Of a DNA stretch of 64,000 nucleotides, positions 45,633 to 59,959 are shown piece by piece. How positions within the stretch are numbered: the first letter of the stretch is position 1; the number at the start of each line of letters is the position of its first letter. The notes beneath the pieces were generated by a model. The model searched no databases. It was not told the DNA's origin and was given only the letters and a program-made list of their open reading frames with translations. A program made the translations under genes and the position numbers. This DNA comes from Octopus sinensis (lineage: Eukaryota): the NCBI RefSeq assembly GCF_006345805.1, contig NC_043016.1, positions 24,056,001 to 24,120,000 of the forward strand, given 5' to 3'.

Positions 45633-45986
45633 TGTGTATGTATGTATGTATGTATGTATGTATGTATGTATGTATGTATGTATGTATGTATGCATGTATG
45701 TATGTATGTATGTATGTATGTATGTATGTATGTATGCATGTATGCATGCATGCATGTGTGTACGTATGTATATAGTATATATATATATTGTAAAATATAT
45801 GTATGTATATTGCATATATGTATGTATTATATGTGTATATACTCAATACATCATTATATGTATATATGAATGTACATATATTATTGTGTGTGTGTATATG
45901 TATGTATAGATACTATATATATGTATTATGTGTATATATGTATGTATTTATATTATATATGCTGTGTATATATTATATGTGTATTT

Positions 45987-46032
<46 letters not shown>

Positions 46033-46110
46033 CATACATATATAATACATACACATACATACCTACATACACACACACGCACACATATATGTAATATATA
46101 TATATGTATA
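45633..46110. repeat. (TATG)n/(TA)n low-complexity tract
   Basis: Directly visible. Confidence 0.9.
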
Positions 46111-46449
46111 TTGCAATCTTGTATACCTTCATCCGGTGTAATACACCATAAAAATACCAATTGTAAAAATTGTAAAGATAAGCCAAAAATTCGAACCATG
46201 TATGTCATGCACAAGTTTCTCAGTCGATATGCCACAAAAAAAAAATTAATATTCATAAGTAGCAACGAAGAAAGACCGACTGAGAATTTTAGGTGTTATA
46301 TGAAATTCATTACATATTTGCGTATCCATATTTTCAACAACACACATTTTCTTGCAATCTCATTCTGCACGACAAATAAGAATTGTGTCACCTTAAGCAA
46401 ACCATGTAGCTTGTTGCTTAATTAAAAAAAAGACTTACGTTTTGTAATA

Positions 46450-47191
46450 CAGTGATCCCTCGTTTATCGCGGTCGATTGGTTCCGAGACCGGCCGCGATA
46501 ACTGAATTTCCGCGAAGTAGGGACACCATATTTACAGTATTTATTTAACGTGTATTTGGACTTTTAAACCCCTCCCCGTACAACCCACCCATTACAGTAG
46601 TCTATTAATAACAAGGACAACTGTTAAGCAATAACACTTTAGATTAAAAAAAAAATAAAGATTGTTACTCTACTCAACACGAAAGAAGTTGAAGTAAAAT
46701 TTGGATGATGATGGTGATGAATTTGCTGCGCAGTAGAAATGATGATGATGAAGCTGACGGCGGTGCCCTTTCCTGGGACACCTCTTCCACTTCCAAAGGT
46801 GCAGCCGTTGTAGTAGCAGCAGGAACTGGCTCTTTTTTGCGAGGCTGCAAGAACATTGTGATAAGAAGTTGCTGCCGCTGCTTCTTTTTCCGTTCAAAGA
46901 GCATCTTGTAGGGATTCATGACTTTGTTGACCTTGTTGCAAAATTGCACAGAATGAACCATATCGTCGTCCCATTCCTGTGACCCTTCTTTCAATTCTTT
47001 GGCCAGGTTGCAGAGCTTGGCCAGCCATTCCAAAGTCAAGCCAGTTTGGTCGACAACTTTATCTGTTTCTTGATGCGTTTCTTCTTTGGATTTAAGGAAA
47101 AATTTTAGGTGTTCATACATATATATATTTTTTAAATCCGCGAAGTCGTGAATCTGCGATAGTTGAACCGCGAAGTAGCGAGGGATCACTG
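46450..47191 (-). mobile_element. Tigger/pogo-type non-autonomous DNA transposon with both TIRs
   Basis: TA|CAGTGATCCCTCG...CGAGGGATCACTG|TA. The internal minus-strand ORF GLTLEWLAKL...EWDDDM...YKMLFERKKKQRQQLLITMF resembles a Tigger transposase C-terminus. Confidence 0.85.
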
Positions 47192-47334
47192 TATTGTGAA
47201 TTTTTTATCTGCGGGCAAATGTTGTGGCGGTGTAGGTAGAGAAGCAGGCATAGCCGTATGGCATTAATAATCTTGAAGTCTTGTGTTTCATTCGACAACG
47301 TAGCTTTTTGTGGTAGGGTTTATTTATGCTTTTT

Positions 47335-47730
<396 letters not shown>

Positions 47731-47741
47731 ATTAAAAAAGC

Positions 47742-48030
47742 AAAGTACCAGTTGCGCACTGGGGTTGATATAATCGACTTAATCAGTTTGTGTGTCCTTG
47801 ATTGTCCTCTCTGTGTTTAGCCCCTTGTGGGTAGTAAAGAAATAGGTATTTTGTCTGCCGTTACGTTCTGAGTTCAAATTTCGCCGAGATCGACTTTGCT
47901 TTTTATCCTTTCGGGGTCGATTAAATAAGTACCAGTTACGCACTGGTCGATATAATCGACTTAATCTGTTTGTCTGTCCTTGTTTGTCCCCTCTATGTTT
48001 AGCCCCTTGTGGGCAATAAAAAAATAAGAA
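47742..48030 (+). mobile_element. Head-less tandem dimer of SINE-B
   Basis: The 3' part of one unit (to GAAATAGG) is fused to GGTATTTTGTCTGCCG of a second unit. AAAGTACCA occurs at 47742-47750 and 48030-48038. Confidence 0.82.
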
Positions 48031-49129
48031 AAGTACCAATATTTGATCGGGGGATTGGCAGAACTGTAAGAACGTCGGGCCAGGTGCCTAGCAGCATTTG
48101 TTCCAGCTTTTTGTGTTCTGAGTTCAAATCCTACCATAGATTACTTTTACGTTTAGTACATGGTGGTAGTAGCGGAAAATTTTAGCGGAAACCCTTCTGT
48201 TGTAAGCATGCGGGCCGGATCCCTTACATATGGATGGATGCATACATATGCACAAACACGTGTGCATATATGCGCACCAACCTCTTCACATGTAGTTGGT
48301 ATCCCACGTTTTGGTATGGATTTAGGAATTGAATGCACATTGCATGTTTGCACAGAAAGCCAGTCAAGGAATTCTAAACCTCAACCCTCTCCAATTATTC
48401 TTTTTACTGACCCCGGAAGTATGAAAACAAAAACCAGCTTCAGCGAGATTTGAACCGAGAATATAAAGAGTAATGTGTTGTTCGATGTTCTAATGATTCT
48501 GCCACGTCACTGCCCTGAATACATAGGAATTCATATGGAATGTTGTTTAATATGTGCGAAGCACAAACATAATACGATATTTTTATCTAGATTGTCACAA
48601 CTTGATAGTAAACATAATGTCAAAATGGGAATAGTGTAGAGAGATGTCATGGCTATTGACTAAATAGCCATAAATTATGATTGTATTGACACAATCTGTA
48701 AATAAAGAAAATATTTAGGCCCAGCCTAATTTTGGTAACTTGATAATAGGAGAATAGAAGAGTATGTAGGTGGTGACTTGAGAAATAGACAGTGTATAGG
48801 TGTTGATTGAACACACACACACACACACACACTGAGATTTTTAAACGTATACAGACACAGTGTGTGAATAGATGTTGACTGAATAAAAAGAGATTGTGAA
48901 TATAAAATGACAGTGAGCTTGTAAGATACAGTGTAAAAAGAAAGGGTAGAATTGATCAGATATTACTGATACCTAGTGTGTAATTGTCGTTGATTGGGTA
49001 TGTTATAGATATTAATAGTTTAGGTAATCACAGTGAAAGCTAGAAGAGTGTGTGTAAGATATTGATGGGAAAGAGATACGTAGTGCATAGTTGTTGACTG
49101 GATAGATAAACAGTATGTAAATATCTATC

Positions 49130-49263
49130 GGATGGATAGATAGATAGATATATAAGACAGACAGACGGACAAATAGGTAGGTAGATAAAGAAAGAGAAAG
49201 AAAGAGAGAGGCAGAAGGAGAGAGAGAGACAGACAGAAACAGAGAGACAGATAGATAGATAGT

Positions 49264-49299
<36 letters not shown>

Positions 49300-49340
49300 T
49301 AGATAGACAGATAGACAGACAGACAGACAGATAGATAGAC

Positions 49341-49407
<67 letters not shown>

Positions 49408-49524
49408 GTGAGAGAGAGAGAGAGGCGGAGAGAGAGATAGACAAATAGATACATAGATAAATAGATAAACAGAGACAGAGAGAGGCAGAGAGAGAGAGAG
49501 AGAGAGAGAGAAACAGACAAACAA

Positions 49525-49557
<33 letters not shown>

Positions 49558-49753
49558 GAGCGAGAGAGAGGCAGACAGACAAATACATAGATAAATAGAT
49601 AGAGAGAGGGGGAGAGAAAAAGTGTTTGAGAGAGAGAAAGAGAGAGAGGCAGAGTGTTTGAGGCAACACGCAAATAGACAGACACACAGACAAACAGACA
49701 AACAGGCAGGCAGATAGATACAGAGACAGACAGACAGACAGAGAGACAGACAT

Positions 49754-49831
<78 letters not shown>

Positions 49832-49860
49832 GGATGGATAGATAGATAGATAGATAGATT
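49130..49860. repeat. Compound (GATA)n/(GACA)n/(GA)n array, directly 3' of the minus-strand Tx1
   Basis: Directly visible. The purest GATA run (49755-49860) abuts the LINE end. Confidence 0.95.
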
Positions 49861-52800
49861 TCTTTATAAGCCACACAGGACTCGACACAGAGGGGTCAAT
49901 ACAATGTAGAGTTTTTCTTTTCAAGGTGGGGCGAAAACAAACAAACAAACAAATAGGGACAACGATCAAAAGGGATCGAAATCGTTTGGGATGTAAAAAA
50001 AATCGAAATGGTAGTATAAAAACAGAGTTTCCAAATGTGGGGAAGCATAACCGAGGAAAGAAAAACCTACGAAAAGACCACGGTAACCACGGGCAATATA
50101 CGAGAAAACACATTAGAGTAAGTTACTCTCTTTTTCCTTTCTTTTTGGGTTCATAGGATTATGCTCAAGGTGGCTCCGTCATTCACACGTGCCATCGTTG
50201 CTACATTCACCCATCTTTTATTAAAACATTCACTAGACAAAACTTCCCTCTCTATTCTCACCTTCCTTTTTTTGCTCCCGTCACCAGTTCGTAGTCTTTC
50301 AGTGTCTCACCGACCAGCTCGTGGCTAGACACTATGACGGTGACGTCGTCCGTGTATGCGGACATGCTCGTCCCGCACCCCAGTTTTCGCGGGATGCCTC
50401 TCAGCGTCGCCAGCTTCCTAAGCAGTGGCTCGCTAGTCAAAGAAGCGACGAGAGGGGACATCCCTGATGGACCGAACGTGCAATGTCAAAAGGTCTCGAT
50501 AGATGCCCATTCGCGCGAATTACCGAACGGATGCCTCTGTACAAAGCAGCCATCCAGCCGCGGAAGATGGGACTGAAACCGGCCACTATGAGAACAGCCT
50601 CTAAGTATCGATGGTCTACCCTATCGAAAGCTTTGGATTGATCCAAATTGATCAGCGCCTCACCCACTCCAGGTTCCTTAACTATACTGTCTATGATGTA
50701 GCGCATCGGATGGAGGTTATCATGGATGCTCCGGCCCGGCACACGTTTGCGCCTTGTCGACCAGTTTCCCGATAACAAGCGCCAACCTCTTGGCTAACAC
50801 CTTGGCCAAAATTTTCAAATCTGCATTGAGCAGAGTGATGAGCCTAAAATTATCTATCACGTCTCCCTTGTATGGATCTTTCCTCAGCAGCGTTACGGCA
50901 CCTTGGCTCACGAAACTGGGGATGCTTCCGTTTTGCTGCCAGTTGCAGTACACTGCTGCCAAGACGTCTCCAAACAAATCTGGCATTCAACTGTAGGGCA
51001 GACCATCCAAACCCGGCGATTTGTCCATTGAGTATCCTGCCATCACATCCCGCACTTCCGCCGCCGTGATGACACCTTCGCAACCTTCTGCCTCTCTTGC
51101 CGTGTAGGTAGGCACTGAAGTCCACCTTGCGTTCTTGCTCGCCACTCGTCCCGAACAGTCGGGCAAAATGCTGCTGAAATGCCTCACACATCTTGCTGGG
51201 TTCCAGCAATTCACGCCCTTGTTCATCTACCAGAGACCGAATGGTGCTTTGTTGCACTGTTGCGCCACCGCCACCCGGGTCTCTCGTGCGGCTCCAACAC
51301 CTTCGTTCCTTAGAGTACGCATCCTATCTCTGACAACACACCCTTCGTGTTTGGCGTTGAAGTGTTGGTCGAGGGCCAACCTTGCCGCCAAAACGTCGGA
51401 TGCAATGCCACCTCTAAGCGCCTCTTCTAGCTTCTTAACGAGCTCACCCTCTGCTCTGTTTCTATCTATGGTTGGTGCTTTGCTATACCTAATTGCTTCT
51501 GCTTTTATTGCTCTCTTGAGGGCAAACCACCATTTGTTGTTGATGATGGGTCCCGTCAAAGCCCTCTTTACTAGCGTGCTAATTCGGTCTCTGAAAACTT
51601 GTCTCGACGGTATAGACGCGTTTAGTTTCCAGTGACCGAGGCCCTGCCTATGTGCCTTATCTAAGTCTAGCGTACACGTCACAAGTTTGTGATCGTGTAG
51701 CTGACTATGTGGAATTGTGGACATCCTAAGCTATTCCTATCTACTGGCCAACACAGTATTCTATCTAGATACGATCTCGACGACCCAATGCGGTTGCTCA
51801 ATGTCTACGTTGGCGCATTCGGGTGGTCGAGTCGGTACCTGTCAGACAGTTGAAAGCGTCTGAGCAGGTCACTGAGGCATTTGCATCCCCGTCATCTATT
51901 CCTATCTCTGCCCACGTAGTCTAGATGCGTGTCCAAGGTAGCATTCCAATCCCCCACTAAAAGTAAAGGACGAGACGTTCCTAGGAATACTTCTAGACGT
52001 CGAAAGAAATCCAGCCGACCTGTTAAAGGCGGTGCATAGACGGATAGGAGTCGAAAAGCACACCCATCGCTGCCGTCGACATCTGGGACTACTAGTCTAC
52101 CCTCCGGGTCTACGAATATTGCCTTTACTTCGAGATCCAGACTTTTGCAAAAAAGTACCGCAGTGCCACTACCGCCCATCCTGGGCAGACAGGGAGAAAA
52201 ATAAATCTTAAACTGTCCGTCAAACATGGACTTTAGGGCCTATGGTTCATGGAGTCTGGTTTCACTTATGGCTATGATTCCTAAATCGTGTGACTTTTTG
52301 TCATTTAAGAGGTACCCTTGTTTCCAAAGGGGACCCCAAGCTACGCGCATTAACGCAACCCATCTTGACCATGATCCTATTGAGTTGTGTGCTTTAAAAC
52401 ACAAACGAAAGCAACACTGTTGCTTACCGTTCGAAATTTTTGTCTCCTTTGATTTTTCATCAAGGAGGTTATTGTAAAGTTTTTTTCGATGAGTATTTTT
52501 GACATCCCTACTGCATTGGGGTAGAGGGGTTTTAGTGTGTGGTGCAAAGTCGGTGTGACGTGCAAAATTTTAATGTGTTCTGGTGGTGTTGTGTGTGGGT
52601 GGTGACTTGCTTTTATGTCATCTTCTGCTAGGTTTGTTTTTTACTTGATGTATTCCATGACATCTGTGCTTTTTGTGTTTATGGCTGTGAGCATCGTTTT
52701 CATGGTGTTGGTGTTGATGTTGCTTGTGTTGGAGTTCAAAATGTCTTCGGGAGGTGTGTATCTCCCTGCATTGTGCTTGCTTTTGTTCTTTTTGTGCTCC

Positions 52801-54060
52801 TCTCCGTCCTTCCTTTTCTGGCTATTTGCCATTCCTCACTGCTTTCGTCTTCCGACGAAATTTCTGCGGAATCAGAAGTGGGTAAGGGCATATTGTAAGC
52901 GTCTATGTATGTTTGTGTAAGTGGTTGTGTTGTTGTTTTCTTTGGCGTTGGTGGTTGATTGTTTGTGTGAGGTGTATGTGATATAGGGGAGGGGAAATCA
53001 GTTTTAGTATCTTCTTTTGGTTTTCCTGTACCTTTAGTTCTTGCTGTTGTTGGTGGTGTTTTTTCAGGTGCTGTTTTATTTTCGATTGTTGGTGTTGATG
53101 GGTTTGTTTGGTGTGTTTCTTTTGTCGTCTTCTATGTTGATGGTGGTGTGGGTAGTAAAGCCTTTTCTCAGATTTTGGTTGTTGATGTTTTTTGTGGCAG
53201 TCGGACAATAACTTTTTAAATGTGTATCGCTGTTGCACAGATAACAGCGTGACCGCCTGCCCTCCACCACTACATACAACTTGTATTCTTCTGTCAATTC
53301 AATGGATGTTGGTACTTTATTGATTGATAGCTGATCAATTTGCAGAAAGATTTCAAGAGTCTTTCCAACCCATTTTTGTTGTTCTGAGACAGCAATTTCT
53401 AAAATGTTAGTTTCCTCCATTTCGAAGCAGATGGCAGATAATAGCCATTGTGTCTCTGCTTCTGGAGGCACATTTTTTGTTACTCTCTGACCAAGATAAG
53501 TTGGTATCATCACTAACTCATCCATGTGGAGAGTCAGTGTTGAAAACCGTTTGGCTAGATTTTCATTGAGGAATCGCGCTTGAACTGTGCCAAATTAATG
53601 CCACCAATTAACATATTCCTTGAGTGCCCATACAGGACGAAGGCATTTTTCAATTTTTTGATGTGGTGCATTTTCAGTTTTTTTTTGTTTTTTGTACTTA
53701 GTATTTTATAAATGATTGTTCTTTTTGGGGTTTGTTCTGGTGGAGGTGGTGGTGGTAGTGGTAGTGTTGGTAGCAGAGGTGCTAGTTGTAGCAGTTGAAG
53801 TTGTAGTAGTGGTGTTGGTGTTGGCGGTACTGTGTTTGGTGGAGGTCACGGTGGACGGCTTTGCAATGATTTCATTGTTGTTGTTGTTATTGTTGTTGTT
53901 GGTGGTGGTGGTGGTAGCAGTGGTAGTCTTGGTGGTGGGTGACAAGGATGTTAACAGTATCAATGTTGCAGTATCAATGACGTTCACAGCGTTCATTTTC
54001 ACGTCTCTCAGATTTGCCTTTGATTTATTTGTATTTTTCATGTCTGTAGTTGTATTCGAG
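49861..54060 (-). mobile_element. Tx1/L1-clade LINE retaining ORF1, APE, the N-half of RT and the 3' end, with an internal deletion
   Basis: ORF1 with VVVEGRRSRCYLCNSDTHLKSYCP (CCHC). ORF2 starts at 52372 with MVKMGCVNARSL...IIAISETRL, then LLVGDWNA, LDQSKAFDRVDHRYL, QGCPLS and AYTDDVTV. It then jumps to KVRIEREVLSSECFNKRWVNVA and a 3' UTR like 31760-32030. Frameshifts are present, and including the Thr-rich 53700-54060 part is less certain. Confidence 0.87.
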
Positions 54061-54090
54061 TGTGTGTGTGTGTACAAGAAGTTATTCTTT

Positions 54091-54190
54091 NNNNNNNNNN
54101 NNNNNNNNNNNNNNNNNNNNNNNNNNNNNNNNNNNNNNNNNNNNNNNNNNNNNNNNNNNNNNNNNNNNNNNNNNNNNNNNNNNNNNNNNN
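54091..54190. other. Assembly gap (100 N)
   Basis: Run of exactly 100 N, probably a placeholder of unknown true size. Confidence 1.
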
Positions 54191-54297
54191 AAGACATGAA
54201 AAGATGATGATGAGTTCTCTTCTTGCTAAATACAGCAACATGTAATTTGCAGAGGATGTTTGGCTGCTATTCTAACTGGTCAGTCAACCATATAGAT

Positions 54298-54939
54298 CAG
54301 TGGTTCTCAACCATTTTCAACCTATGAACCCATGGCGGCTTAAGACCCATAGAGGCCCTAAGCAATTAAAAGATTTTGTGCCTCCATATAGATGTAATTG
54401 AAATATAAACAATAATAAAAACCATAAATAAAATTTACTAACAGTAAAATGGAAAATAATGTTTATAATTTATACTTCCATTTTATTTATATTGGAAAAG
54501 TTTCTCCTTTTTTTAGCTGAAAGCCTTTGATCAAATCCCCACTATGACACCATGTACGCTTTGAAATATATTTCCATTTCATATATAAACCACTTTGAAT
54601 GTTATTTTAGCAAGTTTAAAGTGATTTTTTTGTGCTATAAACCATTACCATTTTTGTGGTGCTCCCTTCCCTTGATGGTCTAAGCACGTACATATTTTGC
54701 TTAATGGTAATTCAATGCTCTATGACCCCTTTAGTTCTTATTTTACTGGGTGAACCCATTCAATGTTTAAAAAATCCTATTTTATTCTTATAATCAAATT
54801 TTAGGAATTGTATGAAATAGAGTGTTAAAATATTTGTGTATTGTAAAAGAAGAATAACCAGTTTATTGCACATGAATCTTAATGACAAAATCTTATATGG
54901 ACTCCTAAAGGCCATATGAACCCTGGTTGAGAACCTCTG
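54298..54939. mobile_element. hAT/Charlie-like MITE, decayed
   Basis: TIRs CAGTGGTTCTCAACC and GGTTGAGAACCTCTG. The 8-bp flanks do not match well, so no TSD is claimed. Confidence 0.65.
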
Positions 54940-55156
54940 GTAGAGGCTCTTTTGTGTCTGTTTGTGTAGTGCAATGTACTATATCCTATTTGACCACTAA
55001 CACACGTGTGTGGTCTGTGTTGACCAGATGAAGAGTATAGTGGTGTGTTTATTTTTAATTTGAAGGCCGACAGATTATAGTTTCACACTTAGAATGGAAC
55101 CATATAGACTTAATAGGGCAACAAGTATATTGAGTGTATTCTCTTCAGTCATTCAC

Positions 55157-55159
<3 letters not shown>

Positions 55160-55193
<34 letters not shown>

Positions 55194-55357
55194 CCTAACC
55201 CCATCATCTCTATTTCTCTCTCTCTCTCTCTCTCCCTCTCTCTGTCTTATCCCCATTATCTCTAGTTCTTTCTCTTGTTCTTTTTCTCTTTTTATTTCTC
55301 TCTATCTTCTATCTCTCTCTCTCTCTCTCTCTCCCTTTCTTTATCTTTGTATTCGCA

Positions 55358-55398
<41 letters not shown>

Positions 55399-55633
55399 TT
55401 GTCCTTTCTTTTCTCTTCAACTCCCTTACCGCTCTTTCTACTTTTTTCCTTCCTCTCCTCCTCCTCCCTCTCTCATTAACATTCTTCTCTGTCTTCAACC
55501 AGTTTCAACCTATTTCGCTCTCTTTCTCTCCCCCTCCCTCTCTCTCTACCATTTTCCCTTTGATCAGTTGCCTTCTCTTTCATTTCTCTTTCACCAATTT
55601 CCTCCCCGCCCTCTTCTCCTTTTCATTTCTCTT

Positions 55634-55675
<42 letters not shown>

Positions 55676-55720
55676 TCTTCATTCTCTCTTTGATTTGCTT
55701 GATGCCAGTTTCTCCCTGTC
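55160..55720. repeat. (CT)n polypyrimidine low-complexity tract
   Basis: Directly visible. Confidence 0.9.
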
Positions 55721-56764
55721 TCTCTGTCGATTATATGTAACATGAGAGAAACAATCCACTGACACAGTCAAACATTTTAATCTCTCTGATCATTAAATAT
55801 ATCTTCTTCATTGAACTAATGGTAACTTAGGTTATATAAGAACAAGATTCTTAGTTCTTTTTGTCAATCTACTCTGCATGTGGAAGCCTGTTGGTGCTCT
55901 TTACAGCGCACGCGCACACACACACACACACACACACACATGTATATAATTGTGGTTGATACGTTTATACTTACACATCAACACATGCACTCAACAACAT
56001 ACACTAATGCATAATGTGCAATGTGTACATATGTGGTTGGAACTGTATCAGTAAATGAACATGTAGGCATGTTGCATGTGTGTGTGTGTTGTTGTGCATG
56101 TATTGATGTGTGTGCGTGTGTCGATGATAATGTGTGTGTTGGTGATCATTTGTGTGTGTGTGTGTGTGTGTGTTGGTGGTAATTTGTGTGTGTGTGTGTT
56201 GGTGATAATTTGTGTGTGTGTGTGTGTGTGTCTGTTAGGGATAATGTGTGTGCTTGTGTTGGTTGGTAAGAGTATAAGTGTATGTATCTATGTGTGTCTG
56301 TGTGTATTGTTGATATTATTGTTTATTCTTAGGAAATGGACAGGATGGCCATATCTGGGATGGCTCTGAGCAAATGGCTGCTCAAATGGTGCTGACTTAT
56401 GTACTAGACCACATTATCTGATGCATCCCTTTCTAAGATAATGGGGGGGGTTGTACATGCATTTTATCATGTGTGTATACGATGATGATGATTTGATTGC
56501 TATTTTTAGCACGTCAAACGACCGTGTAGAGGCTCCTGCATTTGCTGAAAATGGAATATGTGTGATATATGTTTCTAAATATGTGTGTGTGTGCATGTAT
56601 AGGTATATCTGTGTGCGTGTAACTGAGTATTAATGAGCATGTTGTGTATTAGTAGATGTTTATTAAGTGTATGTGTATGCTTTTATATCAATTAGAGAGT
56701 GTGTGTGTGTTAGTAGTTTATTGTTGAGTATGAATTTGTCTGTATTCACATACATGTGGTTTGT

Positions 56765-56998
56765 TATTTCTTTATTGCCCACAAGGGGCTAAATATAGAG
56801 GGGACAAACAAGGACAGACAAAGGGATTAAGTCAATTACATCAATCCCAGTGCATAACTGGTACTTAATTTATCGACCCCGAAAGGATGAAAGGCAAAGT
56901 CAACCTCGGTGGAATTTGAACTCTGAATGTAACGGCAGATGAAATATGGCTAAGCATTTTGTCCGGCGTGCTAATGTTTCTGCAAGCCTCGCCGCCTT
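56765..56998 (-). mobile_element. SINE-B, full length, CpG-decayed
   Basis: Colinear with 13129-13364, but reads GTCAATTACATCAATCCCAGTGCATAAC where that copy has GTCGATTACATCGACCCCAGTGCGAAAC. Confidence 0.9.
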
Positions 56999-56999
56999 A

Positions 57000-57056
<57 letters not shown>

Positions 57057-57389
57057 ATGAATGTATATATGTATGCATGCTTGCATGAATGTAAGAATGT
57101 TTGTATGCATGTAAGGATGTATGTATGTGTGTGCATGTATGTGTATGCAAACCACATAGATGTGTGTGCAAACCACATACATGTGGTTTGTGTTAGTGGC
57201 AAATAGTTATTTGTGCATGCATGTGCATGGGGGGGGGGGGGGGGGGGGCCTATGCATTCTGAGTTCAGTTGTGTGTTGGGGAGGGGGGGAGTTCATGAAA
57301 ATGTAAACATTAGCTAAGAAGACTTGGGTTTTGTTGAAAAAGAAGCCAACAAAATCTAAACAGGTCATAAATAAGTAGATGGACAAACC

Positions 57390-57700
57390 TTGCATACACA
57401 CACACACACATATATGCATATACATTTATATGTACACATATACATGCACACATATATATATTCACACATGTACATACATACACATACACAGCTATACATT
57501 AACACACATGCACACATATGCACACACACTACATGCATACATACATCCTTGCATACATACATACATACATACATACATACATACATACATACATACATAC
57601 ATACATACATACACACACATACACACATACACACACACACATCATACATACATACATACATACATACATCCTTGCATACATACATACATACATACATTAG
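57390..57700. repeat. (TACA)n compound microsatellite
   Basis: Directly visible. Confidence 0.9.
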
Positions 57701-58094
57701 ACTGAAGCCATGATGTGGCACCATCTTGAAAAATTTTACTTGAACAAATTGACTTCCAGTAATTATCTAAACAATTTGGTGAAAGACACAGATAAAATAA
57801 GTTCCAGGCTCAGTAAAAATAAAATTAAGTTACGGGGGACGTAAACACACCAATGACCACTTTTCTGTGCTTGCTTGGGTCAGAGAGAGATTTTTTTTGA
57901 GGCAGATTTTCTGTGGCCAAATACCCTTGCTATTACCAACCCCACCTGTTTCCAAGCAAGATACTATTGTCCTATGGACAGACATACTTACACAGAATAT
58001 TGGTAATGAATAACACTGCTTGACAGTGACCATTATTTACAACTGTCACATGATGTCAAGATAAGGAACACAAATATAAATATTCCCCACCTCA

Positions 58095-58124
<30 letters not shown>

Positions 58125-58128
<4 letters not shown>

Positions 58129-58720
58129 TCTTTTATTTGCTTCAGTCATTTGATTGAGGCCAGCCATGTTGGAACACTGCCTTTAGTCGAACTAATCAAC
58201 CCTAGGACTTATTCTTTGTAAGCCTAGTACTTATTGTCGATCTCTTTTGCCGAACCACTACGTTACAGGAATGTAAGCATACCAACATCAGTTGTCAAGC
58301 AATGGTGGGAGGAGGGACAAACACAGACATACAAATACATTAATATATATATATAAAAAATACAAAATGGGACAAGAACTCACAACATCCAGACAGTTAG
58401 GTGATACAAAGAAAACAAGGACGGGTCATTTGGAGTTTTCTTTCCTCAGTTGAGTACCAGATTATCTTTGCAATTTCAGCTGATTATACTCGAGATGGCT
58501 CCAATTGGCCAGCCCCAAGGAAAAACTAAACTAAGAGCATTAGATTCCTTGGAAGAAAGCAGCGATATATATATATACGATGGGCTTCTTTCTGTTTCCA
58601 TCTACCAAATCCACTCACAAGGCTTTGGTCAGCCAACACACTTGCCCAAGCTGCCACACAGTGGGACTGAACCTGAGCTATGTAGCTGGGAAGCAAACTA
58701 CTTACCAGAGGGCCATGCTA
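58125..58720 (-). mobile_element. SINE-A split by a ~220-bp unclassified insert (58345-58565) in its central microsatellite
   Basis: 3' half at 58125-58335 and 5' half at 58575-58720, both colinear with the consensus. Confidence 0.75.
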
Positions 58721-59959
58721 TCTTTCTCTTTGTGTGTGTGTGTGTGTGTGTACACAGTGCACCTGAGTACTATATACAATAAGTTAATTATTATAAAAGT
58801 AGGTAGATATGTCATGTGTATGTGTGTATACGTAAAGACACAACAGAAAGAAGTGGCAATTGCTTACAGTGAGTTGAGCATGTGGAGGAAGGAGAGCCAG
58901 GATGATGTGAGATGAAGTAGCGAAGACTAATCTTAGTCTTTTGTCCTTTTCATGGAATTCAACAACCTGATTTGATGAGAGACACACAGTGCTCATGACG
59001 TCCCATCCATCTATGCAAACACAGCAAGGCTGGTGTTAAAATGATAGTAGGGATGGAGGCTGGAAGCATGATGTGTATGCACACATCTGAGACCCTTGCC
59101 CAATATGTGCTTGTTAAGTGTACATCTGCTGCCCTCCTCTTCTCTCGCTGACACTCAACCCTTTATCACTCTTTTATCTATTGTATATTGTTCTGCTGTA
59201 ATAAATGAAAGCAAGACCCATTATCACATTTCATACACTCACCTTTTCTCAACTGGCTGTCATCACTCCCTTTCCTCTGAGCCACTTCGTATTAACATCA
59301 GTCCTTCATTTGCCATTGACTACATTCACCCTTTATTTACCTATGACCACCGCAACACATTTCTATCATTTACTCTCTCCCCTAAATAACACCACCAACA
59401 ACAATATTGATAATACCACCACCGACAACAACAACTAAAACAACAATATTAATAATAACAGTAAAATAATAATAACAGCAATGATAATGGTAAAATAATA
59501 ATAATAATAATTTGTTTTGTTTTGTTTGATAAATATTGATATCTTGTCTTGATAAAAGGCCAATTAAGTTTTATTTTCAGAAGAGAGTATAGTTAATATA
59601 ATCAGCACTTATCAAGCTCATGTAATCGATACAATCACTGTACCATTCACATACCACCACACATTACCACTCACATAACACTGCGCCATGCAACTTACTA
59701 TAACCAACCAAAGTATATCTCTGATATACAAAAGAGAAATGAAAGACCATGAGCCTTACTGGGATTTAATGTTAATTAAAGAAATACAAGGCAGTGGATA
59801 GTAGGTTCATCTGAGAGAGCCAGATAAAATGTCAGATTTCTGAGCTCAGATCCTGCTGAACAGAGCTTTGAGGGATGATGAAATAATATATCCGTCATGT
59901 GTCCTCCTCCTCCTCCTCCTCCTCCTCCACCACCACCTCCCCTCCTCCTCTCCCCTCCC

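Noticed and set aside
46674-47189. 171-aa ORF as a domesticated TIGD-like gene
   Set aside because: It lies inside intact TIRs with a TA duplication and lacks the DNA-binding and DDE domains.
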